A stretch of 64,000 bases of DNA from an uncultured Clostridia bacterium (GCA_948630815.1 CAPIEU010000002.1:129862-193861), one strand, 5' to 3'; numbered from the stretch's first letter, positions 30,860-41,155 are shown. Program-made: numbers and translations. The notes: generated by a model from the sequence alone, not told the origin.

Positions 30860-31144
30860 ATGCAAACAACAAATTATATTTGTGATATATGCAAAACAAG
30901 TAAAAGTAAAGAAGACTTATGCAAAATAAAAGTAAGAACGGAAGGACTTAAAATACAAGGAAAAGGCAGTTATTATAATGATTTAGAAATAGACATTTGT
31001 AAGAATTGTTTAGAAAAAAAAGGATTCATAATAAACCCAAAACCAGAGGAAACAGAAGAGGACATACAAAGGAAAAACAGTCAAACACTAGAGAATAAAA
31101 TTATAGATATTTTATATGATTTGGGAGTGCAGTTCGATGAATAG
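30860..31144 (+). CDS. hypothetical Cys-containing phage protein
   Basis: CDICKT...CKNC. RBS AGGAGGA. Confidence 0.45.
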   Translation: MQTTNYICDICKTSKSKEDLCKIKVRTEGLKIQGKGSYYNDLEIDICKNCLEKKGFIINPKPEETEEDIQRKNSQTLENKIIDILYDLGVQFDE

Positions 31145-31766
31145 AGAAGAATGGCTAAAAGAAAGAAAATTTGGAATTGGTGGTAGTGATGCAGCAGCAG
31201 TTTTAGGAGTAAGTAAGTGGAAAACTAGAGCCGAATTATGGGAAGAGAAAACAGGTAGAAGAACCCCACCAGATATATCTGGAAAGCCCTGTGTACAATA
31301 TGGAATTTATGCAGAGGAGCCAATACGACAATTATTTGCATTAAATTATCCAGAGTATGAAGTAAAGCATCAAGAAAATACAATAATAAAACATCCCAAA
31401 TATCCATTTTTAATAGCAAGTCTTGATGGAATATTGATAGATAAAGAAACAGGAGAGATGGGAGTTTTGGAGATAAAGACTACAGAAATAATAAATAGTA
31501 TGCAATATGAAAATTGGAAGGGCGATAAAATACCAGATACTTATTATTGTCAAGTCTTACATTACTTAAATGTTACTGGATATTCATTTGTGAAGTTAGT
31601 TGCAGAATTAAAACACGAACAAGATTATCAAGCTAGAAAAACATATACGATACAACGTGAAGAAGTAATTGATGAAATTAAATATTTAGAGCAAGAAGAA
31701 ATAAAATTTTGGAATGAATATGTAGTAAAAGATATAAGACCACCATGTAATTTGCCAGAAGTATAA
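31137..31766 (+). CDS. YqaJ-like viral recombinase-associated exonuclease (copy 1)
   Basis: GIGGSDAAAVLGVSKW..., LDGIL...VLEIKT (D..E.K) and the YYCQVLHY motif. Confidence 0.8.
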   Translation: MNREEWLKERKFGIGGSDAAAVLGVSKWKTRAELWEEKTGRRTPPDISGKPCVQYGIYAEEPIRQLFALNYPEYEVKHQENTIIKHPKYPFLIASLDGILIDKETGEMGVLEIKTTEIINSMQYENWKGDKIPDTYYCQVLHYLNVTGYSFVKLVAELKHEQDYQARKTYTIQREEVIDEIKYLEQEEIKFWNEYVVKDIRPPCNLPEV

Positions 31767-31782
31767 AGGAAAGGGAAGAATT

Positions 31783-32568
31783 ATGGAAATAAAACAATTA
31801 AATGAAAGGTTGGTATGGTTAGCCAATAGTAATAGCTTTAATGGAAACAGAGGAGATATAGCAGTTAGTATATATAAGTCTTATATTGATGAAGTTTTAA
31901 GTTGGGATATACCAGAGGCTAGAAAACAAAAAATTTTAGATCAAGTATATACAAAACGTTCAAAAATATTAAATTATGAATCACAGCATGTTAGTGTAAT
32001 GTATGCAGGACCAGCAAAATATAACGCAAAGAAACTGGATAAAAGCGACCAAATAATGAAATATACAAAAGAGTTTTGCGACTGGTTTGATGATTTAAAA
32101 AAGCAAATAGAAAAAGCAAAAAAGGAAGATAACCAGGAAGAAAAAGCAAAAGAAATTATAGCAGGTATAAAAAGATATAGTGAATTAGGCTTTGATCCAA
32201 GAAAAGAACTGATGTGTTTAGCTAATGTTGATAATAAAAAATTTATAGAACTATATGAAAAATTACAACCAAAGTATAAATGGAGAAAAAACAGTAATAT
32301 CTTTAAATTATATACGGCATCCCTTAATGGAGAAGTAAAAGAAATAAAAAATGAAGTATTTTTTGAAGATGAAAATTTAACAGCTTATATTAGGGGAGAT
32401 AGGGCATATATAAAATTTATTTTAAGAATAAAACCACAATTAAAATACGCATTAAAAAGCCGTAAATGGTGGTGGAATTCATACGAAGAGGCATGGAGTA
32501 CATATTCTAATAGAGTAGATAAAGAGTGGGTAAGTAGTATTAGCGAGAAATATTCAAAATATTTATAG
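31783..32568 (+). CDS. hypothetical phage protein (261 aa)
   Basis: Coding-like ORF with RBS. No motif recognised. Confidence 0.5.
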   Translation: MEIKQLNERLVWLANSNSFNGNRGDIAVSIYKSYIDEVLSWDIPEARKQKILDQVYTKRSKILNYESQHVSVMYAGPAKYNAKKLDKSDQIMKYTKEFCDWFDDLKKQIEKAKKEDNQEEKAKEIIAGIKRYSELGFDPRKELMCLANVDNKKFIELYEKLQPKYKWRKNSNIFKLYTASLNGEVKEIKNEVFFEDENLTAYIRGDRAYIKFILRIKPQLKYALKSRKWWWNSYEEAWSTYSNRVDKEWVSSISEKYSKYL

Positions 32569-32751
32569 GAGGTATTATGGAAAAGCTAGAAATACTAGAA
32601 AAAGAAGTAGAGAATTTAACAAATAAAATTATAGAACATCAAGAAGAGGCTATGAGATTAGACGTTATTAGAGATGTTTTGCAAAAGGAAATAGAATATC
32701 AAAAACCAAAAAATACAAGCAATGATGAATTGCCATTTTAGGAGGGATAAC

Positions 32752-33168
32752 ATGAGTTACTTTGATGACTATATTGCAGATGGTTTATGTTGCCAAGTGT
32801 GTAGGGCATATATTGATGATGACGAACCAGGATATCCACGAACCTGTGAAGACTGTCTACAAGAAGAACAAAGAAGAAACCAAAAGAAAAAGCAAAAAAT
32901 GCAAGGTGCAAGAAAAATAGAACAGACAAAGAAAGTATTAGATGATAACAATATTAGTTATGAATTGAAAAACATTACTACAGGACATTTTCATACAAGA
33001 AGAAAGTATGATAATCAGCTAATAGAATTCTACGCATATACAGGAAAAATAACAATAGTAGGTAAAGTTCAAAATGCAAGAGGAATTAAGGCATTAATAC
33101 AAATATTATCAGAGGAGGTAAATATCAATGAAAATACAGGTAAATCAAACAACAATAAAAGTTCTTGA
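32752..33168 (+). CDS. hypothetical zinc-binding phage protein
   Basis: ATG behind AGGAGGGA. CCQVC...CEDC. Confidence 0.45.
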   Translation: MSYFDDYIADGLCCQVCRAYIDDDEPGYPRTCEDCLQEEQRRNQKKKQKMQGARKIEQTKKVLDDNNISYELKNITTGHFHTRRKYDNQLIEFYAYTGKITIVGKVQNARGIKALIQILSEEVNINENTGKSNNNKSS

Positions 33169-33838
33169 AGGTAAGGAACAATTAAAGAAAAAAAAGATTA
33201 CAGGTACAAGGTTGGCCACGATTTTAGGGTTAAATAAATTCAATACTCCATTTAGTGCATGGGCAGAAATGACAGGACTATATAAACCAGTAATACCAGA
33301 TAAATATTTAAAAGTAGGACAAGTGTTAGAAAAGCCAATTATTAAATCTATTGAAGATATGTACGATTTCAATATAAAAACATTCGATAAAAACGAGATA
33401 AAATTCGATAACTTTAAGGATAATCCTATTTTTGGAGGCATGGTAGATGGTATTGATGAGGAAAAGAAAACACTTGTCGAAATAAAAACAACTAATGTAA
33501 AGAATAAAAGATTTTGGGATAAACAAATACCTATTGAATATTGGTACCAGGCACAGTTATATTGCGAATTAGCAAAATTAGATGAGATATTATTTGGAGT
33601 ATGTTTTGTAGAAGAACAAGATTATGCAGATCCTAACAACATACCAATAGATGATAGAGATATAAGAATATATCCTGTTGAAAAGGCTGACATTAAAAAA
33701 GAAATGCAAAAAGCTATTGAATGGTATAAAAAATGTATTTTAAGTTATGAAAGCCCAAAGTTTAATCCATATAACGATAGAGATATGGGAATTGTAAACG
33801 AAATTAAAAGGAATTGGAGGAATTATATATGCAGTTAG
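33128..33838 (+). CDS. YqaJ/PD-(D/E)xK exonuclease (copy 2)
   Basis: ITGTRLATILGLNKFNTPFSAWAEMTG, VDGI...LVEIKT, YWYQAQLY. Confidence 0.75.
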   Translation: MKIQVNQTTIKVLEGKEQLKKKKITGTRLATILGLNKFNTPFSAWAEMTGLYKPVIPDKYLKVGQVLEKPIIKSIEDMYDFNIKTFDKNEIKFDNFKDNPIFGGMVDGIDEEKKTLVEIKTTNVKNKRFWDKQIPIEYWYQAQLYCELAKLDEILFGVCFVEEQDYADPNNIPIDDRDIRIYPVEKADIKKEMQKAIEWYKKCILSYESPKFNPYNDRDMGIVNEIKRNWRNYICS

Positions 33839-34689
33839 AAGTTGAAGAAATAAAGGCATTAGAGCCTGTAAAATTTAATTATGAAGAATTAAAAACAATA
33901 TTAACAACTAAAGTTGAGAACTATAAAAGCATTGTATATACAGAAGAAACAATGAAAGAGGCAAAAGCAGATAGAGCCAATTTCAATAAATTAGCAAAGG
34001 CATTAAATGATGAGAAAACAAGAGTAAAAAATATAGTTTTAGAGCCATTTACACCATTTGAAAAGCAATGCAATGAACTTATTGAATTAGCAAAAGATGC
34101 AAGTACACATATAGATACACAAGTAAAAGATTATGAAAAACAATTAAAAGATGAAAAGTTAAAAGAAATAATGAACTTCTTTATTGAAAATATAGGAGAT
34201 TATAAAGATCTAATTGATTTTGACAAAATATTTAATGAAAGATGGCTAAATGTTACTTATAAAATGGACCAAATCGAAAAGGATATATTACATATTATCA
34301 CAAAAACAAAAACAGACATGAATGTAATAGATACACAATTTGCAGATGAGAGTATTAACAAACAAGTAAAAATGGAGTATTTTGCACAAATTAGTAACCC
34401 AAGTGTTCTAACATTAGCAATACTAAAGGGAAATACCATTATAGAAAACAATAAAAAACTAGAAGAATTAAAACAAAAAGAAGAAAGTACACAAAAACCA
34501 ACAGAAAGTGAAGAAAAAATAACAAATTGTCCACAAAATATAACCAATAATGTGGAAAATGTAACAAAAAGTGAAGAATTACAAATATTAGATTTTAGGG
34601 TACATGTAACACAAAGACAAAAGTTCGCATTAAGAGAGTTTTTACAAGAGAATAACATAAAATTTGAGCCAGTACCTAAAAATAACTAA
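33829..34689 (+). CDS. DUF1351-like phage protein
   Basis: N-terminus VKFNYEELKTILTTKVENYKSIVYTEETMKEAKADRANFNKL is typical of the family. Sits next to RecT in Firmicutes phages. Confidence 0.6.
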   Translation: MQLEVEEIKALEPVKFNYEELKTILTTKVENYKSIVYTEETMKEAKADRANFNKLAKALNDEKTRVKNIVLEPFTPFEKQCNELIELAKDASTHIDTQVKDYEKQLKDEKLKEIMNFFIENIGDYKDLIDFDKIFNERWLNVTYKMDQIEKDILHIITKTKTDMNVIDTQFADESINKQVKMEYFAQISNPSVLTLAILKGNTIIENNKKLEELKQKEESTQKPTESEEKITNCPQNITNNVENVTKSEELQILDFRVHVTQRQKFALREFLQENNIKFEPVPKNN

Positions 34690-34706
34690 AATAGGAGGAA
34701 TTAGTG

Positions 34707-35003
34707 ATGGAAATAAAACAAGGAAATGAGGAAAAAGCCTTACAACATAGAATTGGAAAAGTACATATAACTGCAGGAGATAATGGAGCAGCAATAGATG
34801 GAAACACAGAAGAGGTTATAAAGTCATTTATTCATGTATGTGAAACTATGGCAATTATAAATGTACCAGAAGAAATGTTAATTGATATTGTAAAAGCAAC
34901 ACAAAAGAAAATGAAGGACAAGCCGAAGGTTTGTCCTAGATGTGAAAATGTAGAAATTGGTACACACGACAACTTCTGTAAAATATGTGGATATAAATTT
35001 TAA
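34707..35003 (+). CDS. hypothetical protein with C-terminal zinc ribbon
   Basis: CPRCEN...CKICGY. Confidence 0.45.
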   Translation: MEIKQGNEEKALQHRIGKVHITAGDNGAAIDGNTEEVIKSFIHVCETMAIINVPEEMLIDIVKATQKKMKDKPKVCPRCENVEIGTHDNFCKICGYKF

Positions 35004-35024
35004 AATAGAAGGGAGAAAAGAAAT

Positions 35025-36020
35025 ATGGCAGTAAGTAATAGTTTAACAAAAACAAAAGAACAAAAGACATTTAGTAATTTTTTAATGGGAGATGCAATAA
35101 AAAGAAAGATTAATGAAACAGTTGGAGGTGCAAACGGTCAAAGATTTATTACAAGCATATTAAGTGCAGTAAGTACAAACCCAACATTACAAGAATGTGA
35201 ACATAGTTCAATAATATCTGCAGCATTTTTAGGAGAGGCATTAAAATTAAGCCCAAGTCCTCAATTAGGACAATATTATATGGTCCCATTTAATAAAAAA
35301 TCCTATGATGCAAACGGAAAGGAAATTGTAATAAAAGTAGCACAATTTCAAATAGGATACAAAGGATATATTCAATTAGCAGAAAGAACAGGAGTGTATA
35401 AAACAATAAATGTATTAGCAATAAAAGAAGGCGAACTAATTAAGTATGATCCATTAAATGAAACAATACAAGTAAATTTAATAGAAGATGACGAAGTAAG
35501 AGAGGAAACACAAACAGTTGGATATTATGCAATGTTTGAATACCTAAATGGGTTTAGGAAAACTATGTATTGGACTAAGAAAAAAATGTTACTACATGCA
35601 GATAAATATTCAAAAGCATTTAGTAAGGAATCTTACGAAAAACTACAAGCAGGAAAAATACCACAAAAAGACTTATGGAAATATAGTAGCTTTTGGTACA
35701 AAGATTTTGACGGTATGGCCTACAAAACAATGTTAAGACAATTAATAAGTAAATGGGGAATTATGAGTATTGAAATGCAAGAGGCATTTGAAAAAGATAT
35801 GGCAGAAATTAAAGAGGATGGAAACTATAATTACATAGAAACAAGCGAAGAGGCAGATATAAGTAATAATGAAACACAACAACCAGAAGAAAATAATCAA
35901 GAAAGTCAAGAAGAAATTACTACAAATGATAAAAGTGTACCAGAGCCAGAACAACAACCAGAAGAAACAAATATATATGATGACAACAATAATGATGTAG
36001 ACGATTTCTTTAAACAATAA
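35025..36020 (+). CDS. recT: RecT-family single-strand annealing recombinase
   Basis: QFQIGYKGYIQLAERTG and GYYAMFEYLNG blocks. Acidic C-terminal tail. Confidence 0.85.
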   Translation: MAVSNSLTKTKEQKTFSNFLMGDAIKRKINETVGGANGQRFITSILSAVSTNPTLQECEHSSIISAAFLGEALKLSPSPQLGQYYMVPFNKKSYDANGKEIVIKVAQFQIGYKGYIQLAERTGVYKTINVLAIKEGELIKYDPLNETIQVNLIEDDEVREETQTVGYYAMFEYLNGFRKTMYWTKKKMLLHADKYSKAFSKESYEKLQAGKIPQKDLWKYSSFWYKDFDGMAYKTMLRQLISKWGIMSIEMQEAFEKDMAEIKEDGNYNYIETSEEADISNNETQQPEENNQESQEEITTNDKSVPEPEQQPEETNIYDDNNNDVDDFFKQ

Positions 36021-36033
36021 GAGGTATAAATAT

Positions 36034-36222
36034 ATGGAAATTGTAGTATGCCAAAGATGTGGAAGAAAGCTAAAAAATAAGAAAAGCATAAAAAAAGGAT
36101 ATGGACCAACTTGTGAACAAAAACTACTACAAGATTTCTATAAAAAAAGACAAATAACAATAGATGATATTTTAAAGGGAAAGGAGAGTGTTAAAAATGA
36201 AAGACAATACGAAAAAAAGTAA
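36034..36222 (+). CDS. small CxxC protein (DUF6011-like)
   Basis: CQRCGRKLKNKKSIKKGYGPTCEQK. Confidence 0.4.
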   Translation: MEIVVCQRCGRKLKNKKSIKKGYGPTCEQKLLQDFYKKRQITIDDILKGKESVKNERQYEKK

Positions 36223-37199
36223 AGATACATATTACTTTAGCCATGATTCAAACGCACTCTCTGATCCTAAAATATTATCAATGAGATGCGACTATGAACT
36301 AGAACGGATACGGTTTATATTGGGCAATAATAGAAATGTTAAGAAATGAAACAACATATAAGTTATCACTAGACAAAACAACATATAGAGCAATACAGAT
36401 GCAGACACATACAAAAATAGATGTGCAAAAGTTTATTGATGACTGTATTAATGAGTATAGAGAAAGTTCACAAGGGAACGGACTATTTAATACAGATGGA
36501 ACATATTTCTGGTCTGAAAGTTTACTAAACAGAATGTATAAGATGGAAAATGTTAGAGAAAAAAGAAGTGAGGCAGGAAAGAAAAGTGCTGAAAAAAGAT
36601 GGGGCAAAAAAGAAGAAAAAAAAAGAGTAATTAGAAAACCAAAAATCGACAGAAATAACAAAAATATAACAAGTGTTAAAAAATTTATAACAAGTGTTAC
36701 AAAAAATAATAACAATGTTATGCGTTTGTTAAGAAAAAACGTAACAAAAAATAACAAAATAAAAGAAAATAAAATAAAAGAAAATAAAGTAAATAATATT
36801 ATTAAAACTAAACTAAACAAAACTAAATTAAACAATTTATTTATATATATGATAAATGGGCAAAAAAATGACGAAAACATTTCTGATACAGATAGAGCAG
36901 CAATAATAACTAGATTACAAGCATTAGAATTATATACAACTTCAATAGGATGCATTCCAGAAAAAATGTTATTTGAACTTAAATTACAATACTGGACTAT
37001 TAAGGAACTATATTTTAGTCCATATAAAGTATATTTGAATGCAATGACAAGAACAAAATTCTTATTGAAGTTCTTACAGACACAAAAATATATAACAATA
37101 GACAATGAAGATAAACTAACGGATTTCATTAGTTATTTTATAAAGATATTAAGAGAAGATTTTGAAAAAGGAGAGAATAACAATGCAAAAAGTATGTAG
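36197..37199 (+). CDS. DUF4373-type phage replisome organizer, interrupted by a +1 break at in-frame CGG (extra C at 36305)
   Basis: ATG 36197. YYFSHDSNALSDPKILSMRCDYELE|c|GYGLYWAIIEMLRNE restores the Lin1244-like N-terminal domain. The rest is track ORF 36336-37199. Confidence 0.75.
36660..36840. repeat. iteron-like AT-rich repeat cluster inside the replication gene (candidate phage ori)
   Basis: TATAACAAGTGTTA at 36665 and 36686 (21-nt phasing), with a degenerate copy at about 36707. GT(T/A)ACAAAAAATAA occurs twice. There is a tandem AAAGAAAATAAAATA block. Confidence 0.5.
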
Positions 37200-37398
37200 A
37201 AACTGTTGTAAAATATTTTGTCCACGAAGAAATGAAGTAACAACGTGTAACAACCAGATAACATTTGTTACACGTATGTTACAAGAAATAGACGAAAAGG
37301 TAAAAACAGAAAACTTGACACAAACTTCCATACTTGCAAATCCAGAAAACAAACACGAACGGAAGTTAAAAATACATAAGAAGGGAGTAGAAAAATGA
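37183..37398 (+). CDS. hypothetical Cys-rich phage protein
   Basis: ATG behind AAAGGAGAG. Contains in-frame CGG-A at 37360 near the C-terminus, so the 3' end is ambiguous (37369 if shifted). Confidence 0.4.
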   Translation: MQKVCRNCCKIFCPRRNEVTTCNNQITFVTRMLQEIDEKVKTENLTQTSILANPENKHERKLKIHKKGVEK

Positions 37399-37583
37399 TA
37401 GTTGATGATATGGAACAGTCATTAGTATTATTACAAAATATAGATGATTTTGTTATAGCAATAGATGATACCGAAAAGAAGTTGAGAACAGCATTATATA
37501 ACAAAGAAGGCGAAAGGGACGATTTATTACATGAAATAGAACTAAGTAAATTGAACATTGGAGAAAGAGCAAAAGTATATTAA
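37395..37583 (+). CDS. hypothetical phage protein
   Basis: ATGA overlap with the previous ORF. RBS AAGGGAG. Confidence 0.4.
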   Translation: MIVDDMEQSLVLLQNIDDFVIAIDDTEKKLRTALYNKEGERDDLLHEIELSKLNIGERAKVY

Positions 37584-37820
37584 ATGTTAGAAAAAGTGTT
37601 ACAAGAAAGAAGAATATTGAAAGATAAAATAGACTTTATAAATACAATAAAACCTTATGTAAATAAATTTATAACAAAAGGAATGAGTGCAGAAACAAAG
37701 CAGACTATTGAAAACATAAATAGGCTAAAGAATAACCAAGAAACAAGAGTATATACACCAAGAGTAATAAAAAATCTAAAATGTGTAAGAAAGAATAAGG
37801 GGGAAGAAAATGCAAGATAA
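37584..37820 (+). CDS. hypothetical phage protein
   Basis: Contiguous same-strand ORF. Confidence 0.4.
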   Translation: MLEKVLQERRILKDKIDFINTIKPYVNKFITKGMSAETKQTIENINRLKNNQETRVYTPRVIKNLKCVRKNKGEENAR

Positions 37821-38037
37821 AGAAGAAATAGAAAATGTAATATTCGTAATGGCATATTATCATCAAGAAATTTTGTATGAAATATTTACAGATGATGAAA
37901 GGAGCAATGATTACGAAAAGTATAGAAAAGTAAAAGAATTAGCAAAAGAATTTTTGGATGGCAATTGGGATAATGAAGATGAAGATTTAGAAGATACTAC
38001 AAGAGAATTTTTAATAAGTAAAGAAAGTAAGGAATAA
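37810..38037 (+). CDS. hypothetical acidic phage protein
   Basis: RBS GGGGGAAG. Confidence 0.4.
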   Translation: MQDKEEIENVIFVMAYYHQEILYEIFTDDERSNDYEKYRKVKELAKEFLDGNWDNEDEDLEDTTREFLISKESKE

Positions 38038-38039
38038 AT

Positions 38040-38393
38040 ATGCAAGAACATTGGAGCATTGAACAATACAGAGAATATCAGCAAAAGGGAAAAAAACAAA
38101 GTAAATATGGAGCAGTAAAAACACAAATAGACGGACATACATTTGATTCAAAAAAAGAGGCAGATTATTACATAGAATTGAAAATGAGATTACTAGCAGG
38201 AGAAATAAGGGGATATTGTTTACAGCCTATATTTATATTAGCAGCAAACTTAAAATACAAAGCAGATTTTATTGTATTCAATAATGATGGAACAACAGAC
38301 ATAATAGACGTAAAGGGATTTAAAACAAAAGAATATATTGCAAAGAAAAAAGTATTAGAAGATAAATACAAACTAAAAATATTGGAGGTGTGA
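38040..38393 (+). CDS. DUF1064-family endonuclease (Holliday-junction-resolvase-like)
   Basis: KYGAVKTQIDGHTFDSKKEADYY...YKADFIV...IIDVKG is typical DUF1064 / PD-(D/E)xK. Confidence 0.65.
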   Translation: MQEHWSIEQYREYQQKGKKQSKYGAVKTQIDGHTFDSKKEADYYIELKMRLLAGEIRGYCLQPIFILAANLKYKADFIVFNNDGTTDIIDVKGFKTKEYIAKKKVLEDKYKLKILEV

Positions 38394-38396
38394 ACA

Positions 38397-38579
38397 TTGG
38401 AAAATTTACAAGATACGAAAAAATGGATAAATAAAAGATTAAATTATATTGGTGCAAATTGTGATTTAACAGAAAAAGAAAACAAGAGAGCATTTGACAG
38501 TTTAGAAACAACATTGAATTGTGTCATAAAAGTAGAAAATGAGGAGAAAAAAGCGAATGATAGTAATACCAAAGTATAA
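38397..38579 (+). CDS. hypothetical phage protein
   Basis: TTG start as in the ORF track. 60 aa. Confidence 0.35.
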   Translation: MENLQDTKKWINKRLNYIGANCDLTEKENKRAFDSLETTLNCVIKVENEEKKANDSNTKV

Positions 38580-38733
38580 TGGGAGGCTATTGAAGGAGAT
38601 TAAAAGATACCCTAATTTTATACTATTTGAGGATCTAAAAACAAGAGCAAAAATAAGTTATACATATTATGAATTAGGGTATAAGAAATCTCCACAAATA
38701 GAGCAAAAGAAAGTGCATTTGAAGGGAGAATAA
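38557..38733 (+). CDS. hypothetical phage protein
   Basis: ATG behind GAGGAG. Confidence 0.35.
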   Translation: MIVIPKYNGRLLKEIKRYPNFILFEDLKTRAKISYTYYELGYKKSPQIEQKKVHLKGE

Positions 38734-38738
38734 GAAAA

Positions 38739-39143
38739 ATGCAAACAATAATGGAAAAACAATTGAGCATATTTGATATACCAATAATGAAAGTAGCCAA
38801 AAAAGGAATTATAGCAGAATTGAACGAATTATCAAGCCAATATTTAATAGATAGCCATTACAAAAAAATAACATTTGGAAGAACTCTAACACTTCATGAG
38901 ATAGAAGAAAAATTGATGAGATTTAAAAGATTTCCAGAGTACATAGATAAGGTATATGAGATATTAAAAAAATATTATGATGAACTAAAAGAATTTGAAG
39001 ATATTATAGGTTCTGAAATAATAGGAATAGCAAAAAGAGAAAATTGCATAAGAATCTATCAGCCAAGATGTCAATATTGTATTTGGTGTATTTCAATGAT
39101 AGATAATGAATTTTATCAATATGCGAGGGGAGAACATGAATGA
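38739..39143 (+). CDS. hypothetical phage protein (134 aa)
   Basis: Same-strand ORF with RBS. Confidence 0.45.
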   Translation: MQTIMEKQLSIFDIPIMKVAKKGIIAELNELSSQYLIDSHYKKITFGRTLTLHEIEEKLMRFKRFPEYIDKVYEILKKYYDELKEFEDIIGSEIIGIAKRENCIRIYQPRCQYCIWCISMIDNEFYQYARGEHE

Positions 39144-39877
39144 TATACAGTTATTAGAAGGCGAATGTATTGAATTAATGAGTAGTATAAAAGAAAATAT
39201 GGTCGATTTAATATTAACAGATTTGCCGTATGGAATAACTAACTGCAGATGGGACAAACAAATAGATTTTAAATTATTATGGCAACAATATACCAGGATA
39301 ATAAAAGAAAATGGAGCAATATTATTATTCGCAATAGAGCCATTTGCAAGTGAATTAAGGTTATCTAATAAAAAAATGTATAAATACGACTTGATATGGA
39401 AAAAAACACAACCAACAGGACATTTAAACGCAAATAGACAACCATTGAGAACTTACGAAAACATATTAGTATTTTATAAAAAACAACCAACTTATAACCC
39501 ACAAAAAAGTCAAAATCATAAACCTATGCACAGTTATACCAAATACATAAAAACGCAAAACAACACACAAATATACGGAAAAGCCAGTAAAGAATTAACA
39601 GGAGGAGGAACGACTGAACGTTTTCCAACGAATATTATTACATTTGCAAGCGATAAACAGAAAAGCAAACTGCATCCTACACAAAAGCCAGTTGCATTGT
39701 TGGAATATCTAATAAATACATATACAAGACAAAATGAAGTTGTATTAGATAGTTGCATGGGAAGTGGAAGTACAGGAATAGCTTGTATAAATACTAATAG
39801 GCATTTTATACGGAATTGAAATTGATGCAAAATATTATGAAATATCTAAAAGAAGGATAGAAGAAAGGAGAAAATAA
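39136..39877 (+). CDS. phage DNA N6-adenine/N4-cytosine methyltransferase (beta class), interrupted by a +1 break at in-frame CGG (extra C at 39811)
   Basis: Motif IV LILTDLPYG, HPTQKP, motif I DSCMGSGSTGIAC. NRHFI|c|GIEIDAKYYEISKRRIEE restores the usual C-terminus. The zero frame stops 2 codons after CGG. Confidence 0.85.
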
Positions 39878-39878
39878 A

Positions 39879-40151
39879 GTGAATACAAAAAGTAATCATG
39901 ATTTAGAAATACCAGATTTTCCAGATGATAATACAATGAATATATGGGCTCATCCAGGAACAAAGATAAAAGTTACAGAACAAACGGTACAAAATGGATA
40001 TACAGGAGATCAAGAGGTTGTTAAAAAATGGTTAGAAATTGGAAAAGTATATACAGTAGCATATACAGAAGTAGGACAAAGTCGTACATCAGTTGTATTA
40101 CAAGAACTACCAGAAAGAAAATTTAATAGTGTAAATTTTGTAGAAGTATAA
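39879..40151 (+). CDS. hypothetical phage protein
   Basis: GTG start behind AAAGGAGA. Confidence 0.4.
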   Translation: MNTKSNHDLEIPDFPDDNTMNIWAHPGTKIKVTEQTVQNGYTGDQEVVKKWLEIGKVYTVAYTEVGQSRTSVVLQELPERKFNSVNFVEV

Positions 40152-40165
40152 AAATTGAAAAGGAG

Positions 40166-40363
40166 ATGATGAAAATGTATAAATATCCACCTATAACAGG
40201 GGTATGCGTTACATGTGCAGGTTGCAATTTACTAGAAGATATAAACTTCAATGGAAAACAACAATGTGAAAATCATCTCCGTTTAATTTCTCCAAAAGCA
40301 CAAGAGGCAATAAAACAAATACATAAAACTTTAGGAATGACAGGTGAACAATTAAAATTGTAG
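40166..40363 (+). CDS. small Cys-containing phage protein
   Basis: CVTCAGC..C. The start could be 40175. Confidence 0.4.
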   Translation: MMKMYKYPPITGVCVTCAGCNLLEDINFNGKQQCENHLRLISPKAQEAIKQIHKTLGMTGEQLKL

Positions 40364-40378
40364 AAAGGAAGATGAAAA

Positions 40379-40636
40379 GTGATAGTTTTAGGTTTTATAT
40401 TAGTATTTTTTATAGGACTAATTGTAGGAGCAGGAATAATATGTTTAGTGCAAACAGCAAAAAAGACAGATATTGAAATAATGCTATTACAATTAATGGA
40501 CCAATTAAAGAGGGATAGAAAAGCAGCACAATTAGAAATGGCAAGAGGAGAAAATCACAGTATAAATTATGGAAAATATGACCAAGCCAACAGAACAATA
40601 GAATTAATTAAAAAATTATATGGAGGTATATGTTGA
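40379..40636 (+). CDS. small membrane-anchored phage protein
   Basis: N-terminal TM segment VLGFILVFFIGLIVGAGIICLV. Confidence 0.4.
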   Translation: MIVLGFILVFFIGLIVGAGIICLVQTAKKTDIEIMLLQLMDQLKRDRKAAQLEMARGENHSINYGKYDQANRTIELIKKLYGGIC

Positions 40637-40637
40637 T

Positions 40638-41153
40638 ATGTATAATGATGTTTCGCCTTATTTTAGGTTTAATTTTAATGATAAATACATAGCACAACAA
40701 TTAATGAAAAGAGAAGAAACACCAGAGGCAATAAAGTATTTTAGTGAGAATTGCGACAAATTGACGCATTATGGATATTGGTTTTTATTATCTACATTGT
40801 GGGTAAGTTATACAGGTTTTTCTGATATTGAATTATGGAAAAAGCTATTCTCATCAGATAGACCACAAAGATTAAAAAGTATAATGAAACCATCAGAAGT
40901 AAAAGAATTTGAATATCTACCATATTTTATAACTGTATATAGAGCAAAAAGACCAGGAGAGAAACAATGGATAGCTTATACGTTAGACTTAGAGATAGCC
41001 AAAAGATTTGCAAAAGAAAGAAATGTAAATATTATAACAAAATATGAAGTAAAGAAAAGAGATGTACTTGCATTATTCTTACGAAGAGGAGAAAAAGAAA
41101 TAATTGTACTAGATGAAACAAAACCAAAATTTATTGAGGAAATAGAGGTGTGA
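40638..41153 (+). CDS. hypothetical phage protein (171 aa)
   Basis: ATG behind GGAGGT. Confidence 0.45.
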   Translation: MYNDVSPYFRFNFNDKYIAQQLMKREETPEAIKYFSENCDKLTHYGYWFLLSTLWVSYTGFSDIELWKKLFSSDRPQRLKSIMKPSEVKEFEYLPYFITVYRAKRPGEKQWIAYTLDLEIAKRFAKERNVNIITKYEVKKRDVLALFLRRGEKEIIVLDETKPKFIEEIEV

Positions 41154-41155
41154 AG

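Noticed and set aside
36299-37129. A 276-aa minus-strand ORF, the longest antisense ORF in the track.
   Set aside because: It lies entirely antisense to the DUF4373 replication gene in an A-rich stretch. The product is low-complexity F/L/I-rich with no RBS. It is a shadow ORF of AT-rich coding sequence.
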